The notes beneath the pieces were generated by a model that was not told where the DNA came from, made no database searches, and worked only from the letters and a program-made list of their open reading frames with translations. Below are positions 17,104 through 26,856 of a stretch of DNA of 64,000 nucleotides, piece after piece (position 1 is the stretch's first letter; the number at the start of each line of letters is the position of its first letter). Origin of the DNA: an uncultured Pseudomonadales bacterium (lineage in GTDB: Bacteria > Patescibacteriota > Microgenomatia > UBA1400 > Chazhemtobacteraceae); contig CAYQZQ010000001.1 of assembly GCA_964422035.1 (NCBI GenBank), forward strand, positions 377,013 through 441,012, given 5' to 3'. The position numbers were made by a program, and so were the translations under genes.

Positions 17104-18204
17104 ATGATGTCAAATGAGTTTGAAATTACCTTTGATGATGTTCTTTTGTTGCCGAGAAAGGCTACTTTCCCAAGGAGCGATGAGATTGAGGTAGTTGACG
17201 TCTCGACTAAAGTGTCTAAAAATATCGATTTGGATATACCAATTGTTTCTTCTCATATGCCGGGGGTAACTGAGAAAGATATGGCAATTGCTATGAGTAA
17301 TTTGGGCGGGATAGGGTTTATCCATCAGTTTCAAAGCGCAGAGAGACAATTTGAGTTGGTTAAAGAAGCAAAAAAGTTTGGTAAGGTAGCTGTTTCTTTG
17401 GGAAGTGTAGGAGATGAGAACAAGGACAGGATAGAAAAATTATTATCTGTTGGTGCTGATTTGATTTGTCTTTCAACTTATCATTCGTTTTCTGACAAGA
17501 TTCTAAGTGATATCAGAGAGATAAAATCGGTATTTCCAAAGATTGAATTGTCTGCTGGCCCAGTAGTGACTGCAGAAGCGGCTGTAGCATTGGCGGAAGC
17601 TGGTGTGGATAGTGTCAATGTCGGTATCGGTCCCGGGTCTCATTGCACAACTCGACTGGTAACAGGAGTGGGAAGGCCTCAGTTAAGTGCTATCAAGACA
17701 TGTAGTGATGCATTAGAGGAGTATGGTGTACCTGTTGTTGCGGAGGGTGGAGTTAGCAAGGCGGCTGATTTGGCAAAGGCTTTGGTTTTTGGTGCTAGTT
17801 CGGTGATGATAGGCGGTTTGTTTACTGGAACTGATGAATGTCCAGGTTCAGTGGTAAACAGAAGGGGGAAGAAGTATAAGAATACTTGGGGTATGTGCAG
17901 TGATACTTCAATGTCTAATAGACAAGTGGCAATTGTTGAGAGTGATAACAGAGGATTAAAGAGTTTATTAAACAAATGGTTTGATATTGGTAAAGTACAA
18001 TCTGCGAGTAGTATGTTTGAAGAAGGAGTTGAAGGTCTGGTGGAATATAAAGGTAGTGTGGTGACGGTTGTTGATGAATTGATTAGTGGCTTGAGGCGCT
18101 CAATGTGGTATCAGGGAGCTAGAAATATTGGTGAACTGCGAAAAAACGCAAAAGTGGTCTTGGTGTCTAATAATACGTTGGTAGAGAATATTCCTAGGAT
18201 TTAA
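17104..18204 (+). CDS. IMP dehydrogenase/GMP reductase family protein lacking the CBS subdomain
   Basis: 'ITFDDVLLLP' N-terminal motif. Catalytic-loop signature 'GIGPGSHCTTR'. There is no CBS insert after the 'IHQFQSAERQ' region. The ORF track starts at 17005, but a TATAAT box at 17083-17090 and homology favour a start near 17104/17107 (MMSNEF / MSNEF). Confidence 0.8.
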   Translation: MMSNEFEITFDDVLLLPRKATFPRSDEIEVVDVSTKVSKNIDLDIPIVSSHMPGVTEKDMAIAMSNLGGIGFIHQFQSAERQFELVKEAKKFGKVAVSLGSVGDENKDRIEKLLSVGADLICLSTYHSFSDKILSDIREIKSVFPKIELSAGPVVTAEAAVALAEAGVDSVNVGIGPGSHCTTRLVTGVGRPQLSAIKTCSDALEEYGVPVVAEGGVSKAADLAKALVFGASSVMIGGLFTGTDECPGSVVNRRGKKYKNTWGMCSDTSMSNRQVAIVESDNRGLKSLLNKWFDIGKVQSASSMFEEGVEGLVEYKGSVVTVVDELISGLRRSMWYQGARNIGELRKNAKVVLVSNNTLVENIPRI

Positions 18205-18961
18205 GTTTATCGATGTGTTCTTGTGGTACAAAATGTTGTCGCCAAGAATGACTTCGACTTTCTAAAATTTGACGGGTATCAGACTGGCTTACAGAAGAGA
18301 TTATGCCATTTTTAATGTAATAGAATTCTTTAGCAAAGTTGTAGATAAAAAGAGGGATGTGTGAGCTGATAATTGTGGTAATGTTTGATTTTTTTTGAAG
18401 GTGTGAAATTTTCTTGGCTGTTTGGATCTGAAATTCAGTATCTCCTGCAGTAAGAACTTCGTCAATGATCAGAATGTCAGTTTGGCTGTAGATAGCTACG
18501 GCTAATGCTAGGCGAAATTTCATACCAGCTGAATATGTATGAAAGGGGGTTTGGATAAATTGTGAATTGATGCCAGCGAAGTTAAGAATATTGGAAAGAT
18601 TTGTTTTGATGGAAGAAATGTCCATTCCAGCTAGAACTCCGTTTAGATAAATGTTTTGTAGACCATTTAAGTCAGGTTGAAAACCTGAGGTTAGATCCAT
18701 TAAGGTAATAACTTTTCCTCGAACTTTAAGTTGACCGGTATTTGGTTTTGTTATGCCGGCAATAATTTGCAGAAGAGTTGTTTTGCCGGCTCCATTTGGA
18801 CCAAATATTCCGATGTTTGAGCCCGGTTTAATGTTGAGACTGACATTTTTTATTGCCCAAAATTCTTGTTTAGAAGTTTTTGAGAATAACTTAAACAATT
18901 TTGGTTTTTTAAGTTGGTATTTCTTACCTATGTTTTTTAGTTCGATGATGTTTTTGGCCAT
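18194..18961 (-). CDS. ABC transporter ATP-binding protein (Wzt/TagH-like polysaccharide exporter ATPase)
   Basis: Walker A 'GIFGPNGAGKTTLL', ABC signature region and Walker B 'ILIIDEVL'. It is paired with the ABC-2 permease. Confidence 0.9.
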   Translation of the reverse strand: MAKNIIELKNIGKKYQLKKPKLFKLFSKTSKQEFWAIKNVSLNIKPGSNIGIFGPNGAGKTTLLQIIAGITKPNTGQLKVRGKVITLMDLTSGFQPDLNGLQNIYLNGVLAGMDISSIKTNLSNILNFAGINSQFIQTPFHTYSAGMKFRLALAVAIYSQTDILIIDEVLTAGDTEFQIQTAKKISHLQKKSNITTIISSHIPLFIYNFAKEFYYIKNGIISSVSQSDTRQILESRSHSWRQHFVPQEHIDKLKS

Positions 18962-18972
18962 TTGCTTTTGTT

Positions 18973-19755
18973 TTACAAGTAATCAACGAGAAATGGTTTA
19001 AATTTTTTATGTACGAAGTGGCTAGTGAATAATATCAAAAGAGTAAGGGCAAGATTGCAGGCATAAACGGGTATTGGTAATAACTGGGTGAAGGAGAGAC
19101 TATAGTGAATAAGATTAATAATACCGGACAAGGGGTTAAGAAAGAGAATGAATTGAAACTTTTGAGGTATTTGGCCAGCACTATAGATAATGGGGGTAGC
19201 GTAAAACCAGAGGGGAATTGTTCCCTTTATGATGTAGATTAGGTCTCTAAATTGGACTGTAAGTGTTGAGATAAGCAAGCTTAAATAATAAGTAATGGTG
19301 AATAACCATAAAAGTGCCAAGAAGAAAAAGAGAGGGTGTAGTTGAAGGTTAAAAGGTGAAATAATGATAAAGATAAATAACAAAAATAGAGAAATTATCA
19401 GATTTATTAATTTGATATTAAGATTAGATAGGGTTAAGAAATTTGGGGGGAGAAAAGGCTTTGAGAACAGTTGTCTATTATTAAGAAAAGTATGAGTCGA
19501 CTGGCTAATAGTTCGAGAGAAAAAAATCCAGGGGATAGTGCCAGTTAATAAATATGAAAAATAGTGATTAATAGGAGTTTGTGAAATGAATTTAAAGACA
19601 AATCCCAAGACAGTGATTTGAGCGACAGGGTCAATAATGGCCCATATTAAGCCTAGGAAGGTGTTTTGGTATTGAAGTTTAAAGTTACTTTTAGTTAGTA
19701 TGTAGAGCAGGTCTATCTGGTAAGGAAGTGAGGTACCGTTGGTTTTCATATTCAT
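18973..19755 (-). CDS. ABC-2 type transporter permease (Wzm/TagG-like)
   Basis: Six-TM hydrophobic protein immediately upstream of the ATPase. The N-terminal 'LLYILTKSNFKLQYQNTFLGLIWAII' region is typical of ABC-2 permeases. Confidence 0.8.
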   Translation of the reverse strand: MNMKTNGTSLPYQIDLLYILTKSNFKLQYQNTFLGLIWAIIDPVAQITVLGFVFKFISQTPINHYFSYLLTGTIPWIFFSRTISQSTHTFLNNRQLFSKPFLPPNFLTLSNLNIKLINLIISLFLLFIFIIISPFNLQLHPLFFFLALLWLFTITYYLSLLISTLTVQFRDLIYIIKGTIPLWFYATPIIYSAGQIPQKFQFILFLNPLSGIINLIHYSLSFTQLLPIPVYACNLALTLLILFTSHFVHKKFKPFLVDYL

Positions 19756-19807
19756 GGAATATTATAGCCTACATTTTAGATACAAGTTTCTGTTAAACTA
19801 AGAAGAT

Positions 19808-20605
19808 ATGATTAGATCAGTAAAAAAAATATATGGTGCAATAAGGTTGAATATGGGGATCAAAAAATGGTTAGAGAGAAACTTGTGGTGGAAGCTGTAT
19901 GTAAGACTGCAAAGATATTTTTATAAAAAAATTGTTTTTCATTACGGGGCTGATTATAGATGGAATGATCAGAAATCACAGAATTTAGATAAAAAGAATT
20001 TTAATTTTGGTTATGGCTTAATTCATTATGCTCTTATAAGAAATCAAAGACCCAAAAGGGTTTTGTGTGTAGGTTCAATGTACGGATATATTCCTTATAT
20101 GATGGCCAAGGCTTGTGAGGATAATGGGAAAGGACAGGTGGATTTTGTAGATGCTGGATATGACATGCAGGAGAGTGACGGGACTGGTGAGCATAATTAC
20201 GGGCAAGGTTTTTGGCGAAATGAAAATGCAAAGGATCATTTTGATTATTTGCTTGATAGAGAGAGAGTTAACTTATACGTAATGACGGATAAGGAGTTTG
20301 TACAAAAATATGACTATAAGTATGACTATGTGTATCTAGATGGTGATCATAGATATAAGGGAGCCAAAAGAGCTTTTGAGTTGTTTTGGCCTAGGTTAAA
20401 CGAGGAGGGTTTTATTTGTTTGCATGATATTCATTTTGAAGCGGAATCCAAAGGTGTCAAGTTTGAGCAGTGGAAGTTGTGGCAAGACATAATAGGCGAT
20501 GATGAGTATGAATATAAGTTTGAGCTATCGAACCATTATTCAGGTTTGGGGTTTGTACAAAAGATTACTAAGCCTAGGAAAAGGTTTAAAAAGAAGTTTG
20601 ACTAG
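19808..20605 (+). CDS. class I SAM-dependent methyltransferase, TylF/MycF/CmcI-like (probable sugar O-methyltransferase), paralog 1
   Basis: 'RVLCVGSMYGYIPYMMAKA...VDFVDAGYD...YVYLDGDHRYKGAKRAFELFWPRLNEEGFICLHDI' matches the metal-dependent TylF-family core motif D-G-D-H-x-Y. Confidence 0.7.
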   Translation: MIRSVKKIYGAIRLNMGIKKWLERNLWWKLYVRLQRYFYKKIVFHYGADYRWNDQKSQNLDKKNFNFGYGLIHYALIRNQRPKRVLCVGSMYGYIPYMMAKACEDNGKGQVDFVDAGYDMQESDGTGEHNYGQGFWRNENAKDHFDYLLDRERVNLYVMTDKEFVQKYDYKYDYVYLDGDHRYKGAKRAFELFWPRLNEEGFICLHDIHFEAESKGVKFEQWKLWQDIIGDDEYEYKFELSNHYSGLGFVQKITKPRKRFKKKFD

Positions 20606-21813
20606 TTGAGGATATGTGTTTGTGGTGGGGTGAAAATAAAATTAGGGGTCAGATTTGAGTTGTAAGCGCCGGTGGAGTAAAAGAGCAGGAGATCATTAGG
20701 TTTTGCGGGAGGCAGGGGTTTTTTTAACAAGATGTCGTCGGATTTGCAGGTAGAACCGTAAACAGTGGTGGGGACAGGTAAGGATGTTTTTGCTTGTAGT
20801 TTTGGGGTGAAAAGCCGAGTGATAGGGGGGCGGTAGTAAAGAGTGGGAAGCATAGTAATAGCACCGTTGGCAGTTAAGACTTGAGGCTTGGTTTGTTTTT
20901 TGTTGATAACTTGGCAGACAAAGATGGTTGAGTCAGCGACCAGATAGCGGCCCGGCTCAACTATGAGAGTGGGAGATAGGTCAGGATTGAGGTCTTGCTT
21001 GAGTGCTTGAGTAATGGTTTTTATATATGTTTGAATGGGTTGAGGATGCCACGAATTGCGATGTAGTGGTTTAAAACCGTGAGCAGGAAAGCCGCCGCCG
21101 ATGTCTAAATATTTGACTTTGGTATTAAAGTTTTGGTAGATATGATTGGCTAGTTTGGCTAGTTGAAGGGCACCTTCTTGGTAAGTGGAGGATTTGTCTA
21201 TATCGCTGCCTTGGTGTAGGTGGAGGCTTTGGATAGGTATGGAGTGAGAGTAAAGTTTGTTTATGGCTTGGTGGGCTTGTTTGTTCTGGATATTAAAGCC
21301 GAATTGGTTTTTGTGAGGTTTAAGGTTGATTCTGATGCCTACTTTAGGCTGTTGGGAGGAGGGTTGAGTCAGGGCGGTGACGCTATTAATTTCCTGGAAG
21401 TTGTCTATGTGAATTAGAGAGTTGTTTTTAAGGGCTAGTTTCAATAAAGATTTGGGTTTATGGGGGCCATTGAGGATTATTTTGGAGACTTTGAAATTGT
21501 GTTTTAGGGCCTTTTGGTATTCATGTCCCGAGACTACTTCTGCTGCAGCACCTAATTTCTTTATGGGTTTAACTAGCGAGTAGTTAGTTTTGAAAGAATA
21601 GGCAATGTTGTGTTGGTGGGGCCAGTGTTTGGTGAGAGCCTTTTTGAGTTGAGTGTAGCGGTCTTGAATGATGTACGGGTCGGTGATGTATAGAGGAGTG
21701 GGGTGTTTTTTAAGTAGGTTTTTGATCTGTGATTGATGTTTGGTGATATTTAGTTGATGCTCAAGTGAAGGTGAATAAGAGGTTGAAAAAATGCTTTGGA
21801 GTTTTTCTAGCAT
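20602..21813 (-). CDS. PLP-dependent decarboxylase, fold-type III (Orn/DAP/Arg decarboxylase family)
   Basis: 'YSFKTNY' (PLP-Lys region), 'YLDIGGGF', 'EPGRYLVA' and 'YGSTCKSDD' (compare GPxCDSxD) are all present in canonical order. Confidence 0.85.
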   Translation of the reverse strand: MLEKLQSIFSTSYSPSLEHQLNITKHQSQIKNLLKKHPTPLYITDPYIIQDRYTQLKKALTKHWPHQHNIAYSFKTNYSLVKPIKKLGAAAEVVSGHEYQKALKHNFKVSKIILNGPHKPKSLLKLALKNNSLIHIDNFQEINSVTALTQPSSQQPKVGIRINLKPHKNQFGFNIQNKQAHQAINKLYSHSIPIQSLHLHQGSDIDKSSTYQEGALQLAKLANHIYQNFNTKVKYLDIGGGFPAHGFKPLHRNSWHPQPIQTYIKTITQALKQDLNPDLSPTLIVEPGRYLVADSTIFVCQVINKKQTKPQVLTANGAITMLPTLYYRPPITRLFTPKLQAKTSLPVPTTVYGSTCKSDDILLKKPLPPAKPNDLLLFYSTGAYNSNLTPNFIFTPPQTHILN

Positions 21814-21848
21814 GATAAAATAAGAAAGGTGATTAATGAGTTCATTTT

Positions 21849-22607
21849 ATGTTTGTTCAAGATGCAAGTAAAGTAAGAGAGTTTGTTGATTTTTATGCGA
21901 GGGGTGATGATTGGCATGAGATCGGGCAAAGCAAGGAAAGCTTGGGATATGGATGGATTCATTATGGATTGATTAGATCGATAAGACTTGAGAATATATT
22001 GGTAATTGGGAGTAGATACGGATTTATTCCAGCAGTTTGTGCCATGGCTTGCAGGGACAACAAGAAGGGTAAAGTCGACTTTGTGGATGCGGGCTTTGAT
22101 CAATCTAGCAGGACTAAGGTTCTAGGAAGCAGTGGCTGGTTGACAGATTGGTATAAAAAAATAAAATTTAATCTAGGTATAAAACGATGGTTGAATAGGT
22201 ATTTATCAATTGAAAAAACACAGCAGGCCAACAAGGAGCATTGGGGAGGAGTGGGATTTTGGAAACGGGTTGATGTAGATAAACATTTTGATAAATTTGG
22301 ACTGGAAGATTACCTAAATTTTCATTTGATGAAGTCAGGTGAGTTTGCAAAAAAGCATAAAGAGAAAAAGTGGAATTATGTATATCTGGATGGTGATCAC
22401 TCGTATGAGGGGGCAAAAGCTGATTTTGAGAGGTTTTGGCCTAGAGTCAAGGCGGGAGGTTTTTTGGGGTTGCACGACATATATACCAAAAAGGCAGGAG
22501 GTTTGCAGTATGGGGTCAGTAGGCTGTGGAATGAATTGAAAGGAGTAGAAGGTTATAATGTAATGGAAATGTCTGGTAAATGTGGATTAGGATTAATACA
22601 AAAATGA
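21849..22607 (+). CDS. class I SAM-dependent methyltransferase, TylF/MycF/CmcI-like, paralog 2
   Basis: 'ILVIGSRYGFIPAVCAMA...VDFVDAGFD...YVYLDGDHSYEGAKADFERFWPRVKAGGFLGLHDI'. It is clearly paralogous to 19808..20605. Confidence 0.7.
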   Translation: MFVQDASKVREFVDFYARGDDWHEIGQSKESLGYGWIHYGLIRSIRLENILVIGSRYGFIPAVCAMACRDNKKGKVDFVDAGFDQSSRTKVLGSSGWLTDWYKKIKFNLGIKRWLNRYLSIEKTQQANKEHWGGVGFWKRVDVDKHFDKFGLEDYLNFHLMKSGEFAKKHKEKKWNYVYLDGDHSYEGAKADFERFWPRVKAGGFLGLHDIYTKKAGGLQYGVSRLWNELKGVEGYNVMEMSGKCGLGLIQK

Positions 22608-23443
22608 AGTTTATCAAAAACAAAAAAATATTAGGGCTAAGGCTAGGTGACTTGGCGGTATTGTTGTTGGTGTGCGGGTTGGTGGTATTGATGGTCAAGC
22701 ATTTTAAACGGCAAGATGAGTGGAAGACAGTTAAGGTTAAGATATCTGGGAAAGAAGGCTGGTTTGTTAATCCACCGCACTGGTTGGGTGAAGCTTTAAA
22801 AGTGGGGTTGATTGAAAAGAGTGTAGATGGTGAAACAATGGCAGAGATAACCAGGATAGAGAATTATGAAAGAGGTGATGAAGATAGAGATCTATATTTA
22901 ACGGTTAGAGTGAAAGGGGTACAGAATGAAACGAGTGGAATATTTTCCTTTAAAAGTAGACCTCTGCAAGTGGGGAAAGAGGTGGAGTTTAACTTTCCGC
23001 AAGCTAGGGTTTCTGGAATCGTCATCGCTGATGAAAATAAGTCAGAGAAAGATAGCGGGGACTGGTTTCAAGTAAAAATGCGGTGGAGTGACATAAACCC
23101 ATGGCAAGCAGAGGCTTTGCGTGAAGGTTTAGTTATGAGGGGAGATACAGAAAGAGAATATATAGCTAAGGTTATAAAAGTGAGGATAGAGCCAGCGAAA
23201 AAAAGTGTAACCACAGATCGAGGCATAGTAGTAGTGGGCAGGGATCCGATAAAAAAAGATGCTGTAATTGAAATGGAGTTATGGGCACAAAAACATGGAG
23301 ATGAGTATTATTTTGGGGGGCATCAAAAATTAAAAGTGGGAGAGCCCTTGTGGGTTTATTTTCCTGAAGTGGATGTGGATAGGATAAGTTTTGAGAGCTT
23401 CAGGCAACTGTCTGTTATGGAAGTTGAGAGGATGGAACAATGA
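22604..23443 (+). CDS. hypothetical membrane-anchored protein (one N-terminal TM segment, beta-rich extracytoplasmic domain)
   Basis: ORF track starts at 22580; M at 22604 (MKFIKNKK...) precedes the TM segment 'LAVLLLVCGLVVLMV'. The stop overlaps the next gene start (ATGA). Confidence 0.5.
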   Translation: MKFIKNKKILGLRLGDLAVLLLVCGLVVLMVKHFKRQDEWKTVKVKISGKEGWFVNPPHWLGEALKVGLIEKSVDGETMAEITRIENYERGDEDRDLYLTVRVKGVQNETSGIFSFKSRPLQVGKEVEFNFPQARVSGIVIADENKSEKDSGDWFQVKMRWSDINPWQAEALREGLVMRGDTEREYIAKVIKVRIEPAKKSVTTDRGIVVVGRDPIKKDAVIEMELWAQKHGDEYYFGGHQKLKVGEPLWVYFPEVDVDRISFESFRQLSVMEVERMEQ

Positions 23444-24882
23444 TATGGTCAGGATTTTTGGTGGCTTTGGTGTATTATGCGAGTTTATTTTTAGTGTTTA
23501 ATATAAAGACACTAATTTTGACGGCTGTGGGGACTGGATTGATCTTATTTTATTGGGTACCCGAGACTAAGGGTAAGATTCGGGAAAGTCTTTTTTATAC
23601 TATGTTGTTGGTGCTGCCTTTTGAGAAAGGAGTGCGGGGGTTTAATGTGGAAATAGTGACGGCAATGAGTAGATTAGATTTGCCTGGATACAGCCAGTAT
23701 TTTGGGTTATCTTTGAAACTAATAATGGCAGGGGTGTTGATGATATTAGCAATGAAAGACAGGTTGATAGAAGGTAAATGGTGGTGGAGTAAAGGTAAGG
23801 ATTTGTGGATTTTGGTTGTAATGATGTTATGGGGTTTGTTAGGAGGAGTAATACAAGGTAAGCAAGGGTTGGTGTTTTGGAGTGGGATGGTGAGATGGCT
23901 TTACATAGGGAGTTTATATTTGCTGGGTAGAAAATTTATAAATGGTAAAAAGAATAAAAAAATGTTTGAGCAGATTATTACAGCTAGCTTATTGTTTGAA
24001 GGAATAATCGGTAGTTGGCAGTTTTTAACAGGTGGAGTGTTGGGGTTAAGTATTGAGTCAACGGCTCAGACAGTACCTTTTGGTCGGGTGACTTATGAAA
24101 ACAAGTTGTTGTTTCGTGTGCCGGGAACAACCGGGCATCCGACTTTTTTGGGCAGTATTTTAGCCGTATGGATACCGATAGTGGTGGCGGGCTTGATTGA
24201 AAAAGTGGTGATTAAAAAGCAGAAGTGGCAGGAGGGAATTAACTTGTTTAGAGGGGCAGCTGTGGTTTTGGGAGGTATAGCTATATTTGGAACGTATAGT
24301 AGAAGTGCTTGGTTTGCCGGTGTGGCGGGGGTACTGGGAGTGGTGTTTTTGTTAAGAGATAAATTTCATTGGGGTGAGTTGGTAAAAAAATATTGGTGGA
24401 TAGGTGGAATAGGAATAGTGTTTCTGGGTTTGTTTAGTAGTCAGTTTTTGCTGCGTTTATCTTCGGTGCAGAATATTTTTGAGGTGGGTACGGGTAGAGA
24501 CAGGTGGTTACTAGTTAAAGAGGCAGTGGCAATGATAAAAGAAAAGCCCTTATTTGGGGTGGGTTTAAACAGGTTTACAAAAGTGTTGGTAAACAGTCAG
24601 TTGACAAAAGTAGGGAAAAGCTTTTTGTTTCCAGTACATAATACTTTTTTGCTAGTGGCTGCTGAAGTAGGCTTGCCGGCTTTGTTATTGTGGTTAGGAC
24701 TGATAATTAAGGTTTTACTGGAGAGAATAAAGAAAGGTTTGGTTAAGCCGGTAATGATAGGGGTTTGGATGGGGGCAGTTAGCTTCATGTTTAGTGGACA
24801 GTTTCATACTTTATTTGCTCAGGATGCCAGCTTGGACTATTTTATGATTATGCTTGGAATGCTAGCACGGAGTAACAAATGA
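23440..24882 (+). CDS. O-antigen ligase / Wzy_C-domain membrane protein (WaaL/PglL/Wzy family)
   Basis: About 12 TM segments. Wzy_C signature 'GTYSRSAWFAGVAGVL...RDRWLLVKEAVAMIKEKPLFGVGLNRF...FPVHNTFLLVAAEVGLPAL'. Confidence 0.8.
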   Translation: MIWSGFLVALVYYASLFLVFNIKTLILTAVGTGLILFYWVPETKGKIRESLFYTMLLVLPFEKGVRGFNVEIVTAMSRLDLPGYSQYFGLSLKLIMAGVLMILAMKDRLIEGKWWWSKGKDLWILVVMMLWGLLGGVIQGKQGLVFWSGMVRWLYIGSLYLLGRKFINGKKNKKMFEQIITASLLFEGIIGSWQFLTGGVLGLSIESTAQTVPFGRVTYENKLLFRVPGTTGHPTFLGSILAVWIPIVVAGLIEKVVIKKQKWQEGINLFRGAAVVLGGIAIFGTYSRSAWFAGVAGVLGVVFLLRDKFHWGELVKKYWWIGGIGIVFLGLFSSQFLLRLSSVQNIFEVGTGRDRWLLVKEAVAMIKEKPLFGVGLNRFTKVLVNSQLTKVGKSFLFPVHNTFLLVAAEVGLPALLLWLGLIIKVLLERIKKGLVKPVMIGVWMGAVSFMFSGQFHTLFAQDASLDYFMIMLGMLARSNK

Positions 24883-25757
24883 GAATATCGGTAATTATAG
24901 TAACCAGAAATCGACGAAAGAAGCTTAAGCGGGTGTTGGATAGCTTGGAAGAGCAAACGGTTAAACCATTTGAGCTTATAGTGGTGGATAATAATTCAAC
25001 TGATAATACAGCTGTGTTGGTTAAAAATTGGGATGGGAAGCTTGATTTGCGATATCAAGAAGAAAAAAAACAAGGAATACCATATGCAAGGAATATGGGT
25101 TTGCAATCAGCTAAGGGTGAGGTGTTGGCGTTTGTGGATGATGATTGTGTAGTGAGTAAAGAATGGATAAAAGTGATAAGGAATAGTTTTAAGGAGAATG
25201 CAGAAGTAGGTTTTGTGGCAGGGAAAAGTTTAGTCTTTAACAAGAGAAATATCTTGGCTAGGGTATTGAAAACAAACCATGATAAATGGTTTTATAAAAG
25301 TATCAGAGAAAAAAGTGGGAGAAAGTATACAGATAAATTTGACACTAAAAACATTGCTATAAAACGAGAGTTGATAGATAAATATGATTTGTTTTTTGAT
25401 AGACGATTTGCTGAGTATTCTTGTGGAGAGGATACTGACTTTGGCATGCAACTAGAAGAGGAAGGTGTTCACGGATTATATATGAGTGAAATGAAAGTAT
25501 GGCATGAAGAGCAAAGCAACTTGAGAGGTTTTTTAAATCAAGGATTCAGACGAGGCAGATCAACTCAGGCAATTCGAGATAAGTGGGGAATAAAGGTCAA
25601 GCCTAGGGAAAATCCACCTCGCAGATATGTGAAATGGTATAGAGACTGGAAGATGTTTGATGATGAGGGTGGTTTTTGGAAGCAGTTTTTGGCTTTTTTA
25701 TTATTTAAGTTATATATTAGGGTGTCATTTTTCGGAAAGTGGTATGAAAGAAAATAA
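24879..25757 (+). CDS. family 2 glycosyltransferase
   Basis: 'ISVIIVTRNRRKKLKRVLDSLEEQTV...ELIVVDNNSTD' and DxD 'FVDDDC'. Confidence 0.85.
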   Translation: MRISVIIVTRNRRKKLKRVLDSLEEQTVKPFELIVVDNNSTDNTAVLVKNWDGKLDLRYQEEKKQGIPYARNMGLQSAKGEVLAFVDDDCVVSKEWIKVIRNSFKENAEVGFVAGKSLVFNKRNILARVLKTNHDKWFYKSIREKSGRKYTDKFDTKNIAIKRELIDKYDLFFDRRFAEYSCGEDTDFGMQLEEEGVHGLYMSEMKVWHEEQSNLRGFLNQGFRRGRSTQAIRDKWGIKVKPRENPPRRYVKWYRDWKMFDDEGGFWKQFLAFLLFKLYIRVSFFGKWYERK

Positions 25758-26856
25758 AGACAAAACGATGAAAATTGTGTTGGTGGCTCCTGGTTTAGAG
25801 TTTGGGGGATTGGAACGTGAAATTGTGCAGATTGTTAACAAGTTAGACAAAGAGAGGTTTGAGGTTAGTGTTTGGTTATGGAATAAGAAGGGGAAGTTGT
25901 TGGATGATGTATTGGGAGATGTAGAGGTTGTGGATTTTAAGAGAAAGAACAAGTGGAGTTTTGTAAGAATTATTTGGCAAATGAGCAGAAAATTAAAAAG
26001 AGACAAGGTTGATTTGTTAGTGCAATTTACCAGTAATCATTCCGGAGTGGCTGGGTTGTGGTCTAATTGGTTGGCGGGAGGGGGTATCAAGGTGATAATT
26101 TCTATGAGGAATATTTTGAGTTGGAGGTTGGAAAGCATGAATTTGTTTTACAAGAAGTTAATTGAGTGGTTTTACCCTATGGCTGATTTGATTATGCCTA
26201 ACTCTGAGGCAATTGTGAAAGATTTGGTAAAAAATTGCGGGTTGCCTGAAGACAATATGGATGTGGTGGAAAGTTCTGTTGATGTGGAAAAATTAGATCA
26301 AAGCGGCAATAAACCCTGTGGTGAAATAGGACAATTATTAGTGGTGGCGCGTTTAGTGGAACAAAAGAGGATAGATTTGTTACTGAGAAGTTTTGAAATA
26401 GTGCAAAAAAGAATGGACTGTAGGTTAACTATTGTGGGAGACGGACCTTTGCGGGGTGAGTTAGAAGATTTAGCTGTGGAGCTGAGAATAATGGACAAGG
26501 TGGAGTTTTTGGGCTTTAAAGAGGACCCTTATAAATACATGAGGCAGGCTGATGTATTTGTGCTAACTTCTGAGACTGAGGGATGCCCTCATGTTTTATT
26601 GGAGGCCATGGCTTGTAAGTTGCCAATTGTATGTGCTGAGTACCCGGGAGTGAGTGAGGTTGTAGAAAATGATGAAACCGGTTTAGTGGTTGGCAGAGAA
26701 CCTGAAGATATAGCAAGGGGAATTATAAAGGTATTAAAAGATGAAAAGTTGGCAAATAAAATGGCCAGTAAGGCTTTTGAACAGGTAAAAGAGCATGATA
26801 TAAGTCAAGTGATCAAAAAATATGAGCAGATGTTTAGAAAGGTAATTTCTGCTTGA
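25744..26856 (+). CDS. family 4 glycosyltransferase (Glycos_transf_1)
   Basis: 'MKIVLVAPGLEFGGLER' N-terminal GT4 motif. C-terminal 'SETEGCPHVLLEAMACKLPIVCAEYPGVSEVVENDETGLVV' (E-x7-E). ORF track start 25657 overlaps the upstream gene by 100 nt; a start at 25744 (MKENKDK...) or 25768 is more likely. Confidence 0.85.
   Translation: MKENKDKTMKIVLVAPGLEFGGLEREIVQIVNKLDKERFEVSVWLWNKKGKLLDDVLGDVEVVDFKRKNKWSFVRIIWQMSRKLKRDKVDLLVQFTSNHSGVAGLWSNWLAGGGIKVIISMRNILSWRLESMNLFYKKLIEWFYPMADLIMPNSEAIVKDLVKNCGLPEDNMDVVESSVDVEKLDQSGNKPCGEIGQLLVVARLVEQKRIDLLLRSFEIVQKRMDCRLTIVGDGPLRGELEDLAVELRIMDKVEFLGFKEDPYKYMRQADVFVLTSETEGCPHVLLEAMACKLPIVCAEYPGVSEVVENDETGLVVGREPEDIARGIIKVLKDEKLANKMASKAFEQVKEHDISQVIKKYEQMFRKVISA

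Noticed and set aside
21807-22103. 98-aa minus-strand ORF overlapping the start of methyltransferase paralog 2
   Set aside because: It is antisense to a well-supported methyltransferase and would overlap the decarboxylase start by 7 nt. No motif.
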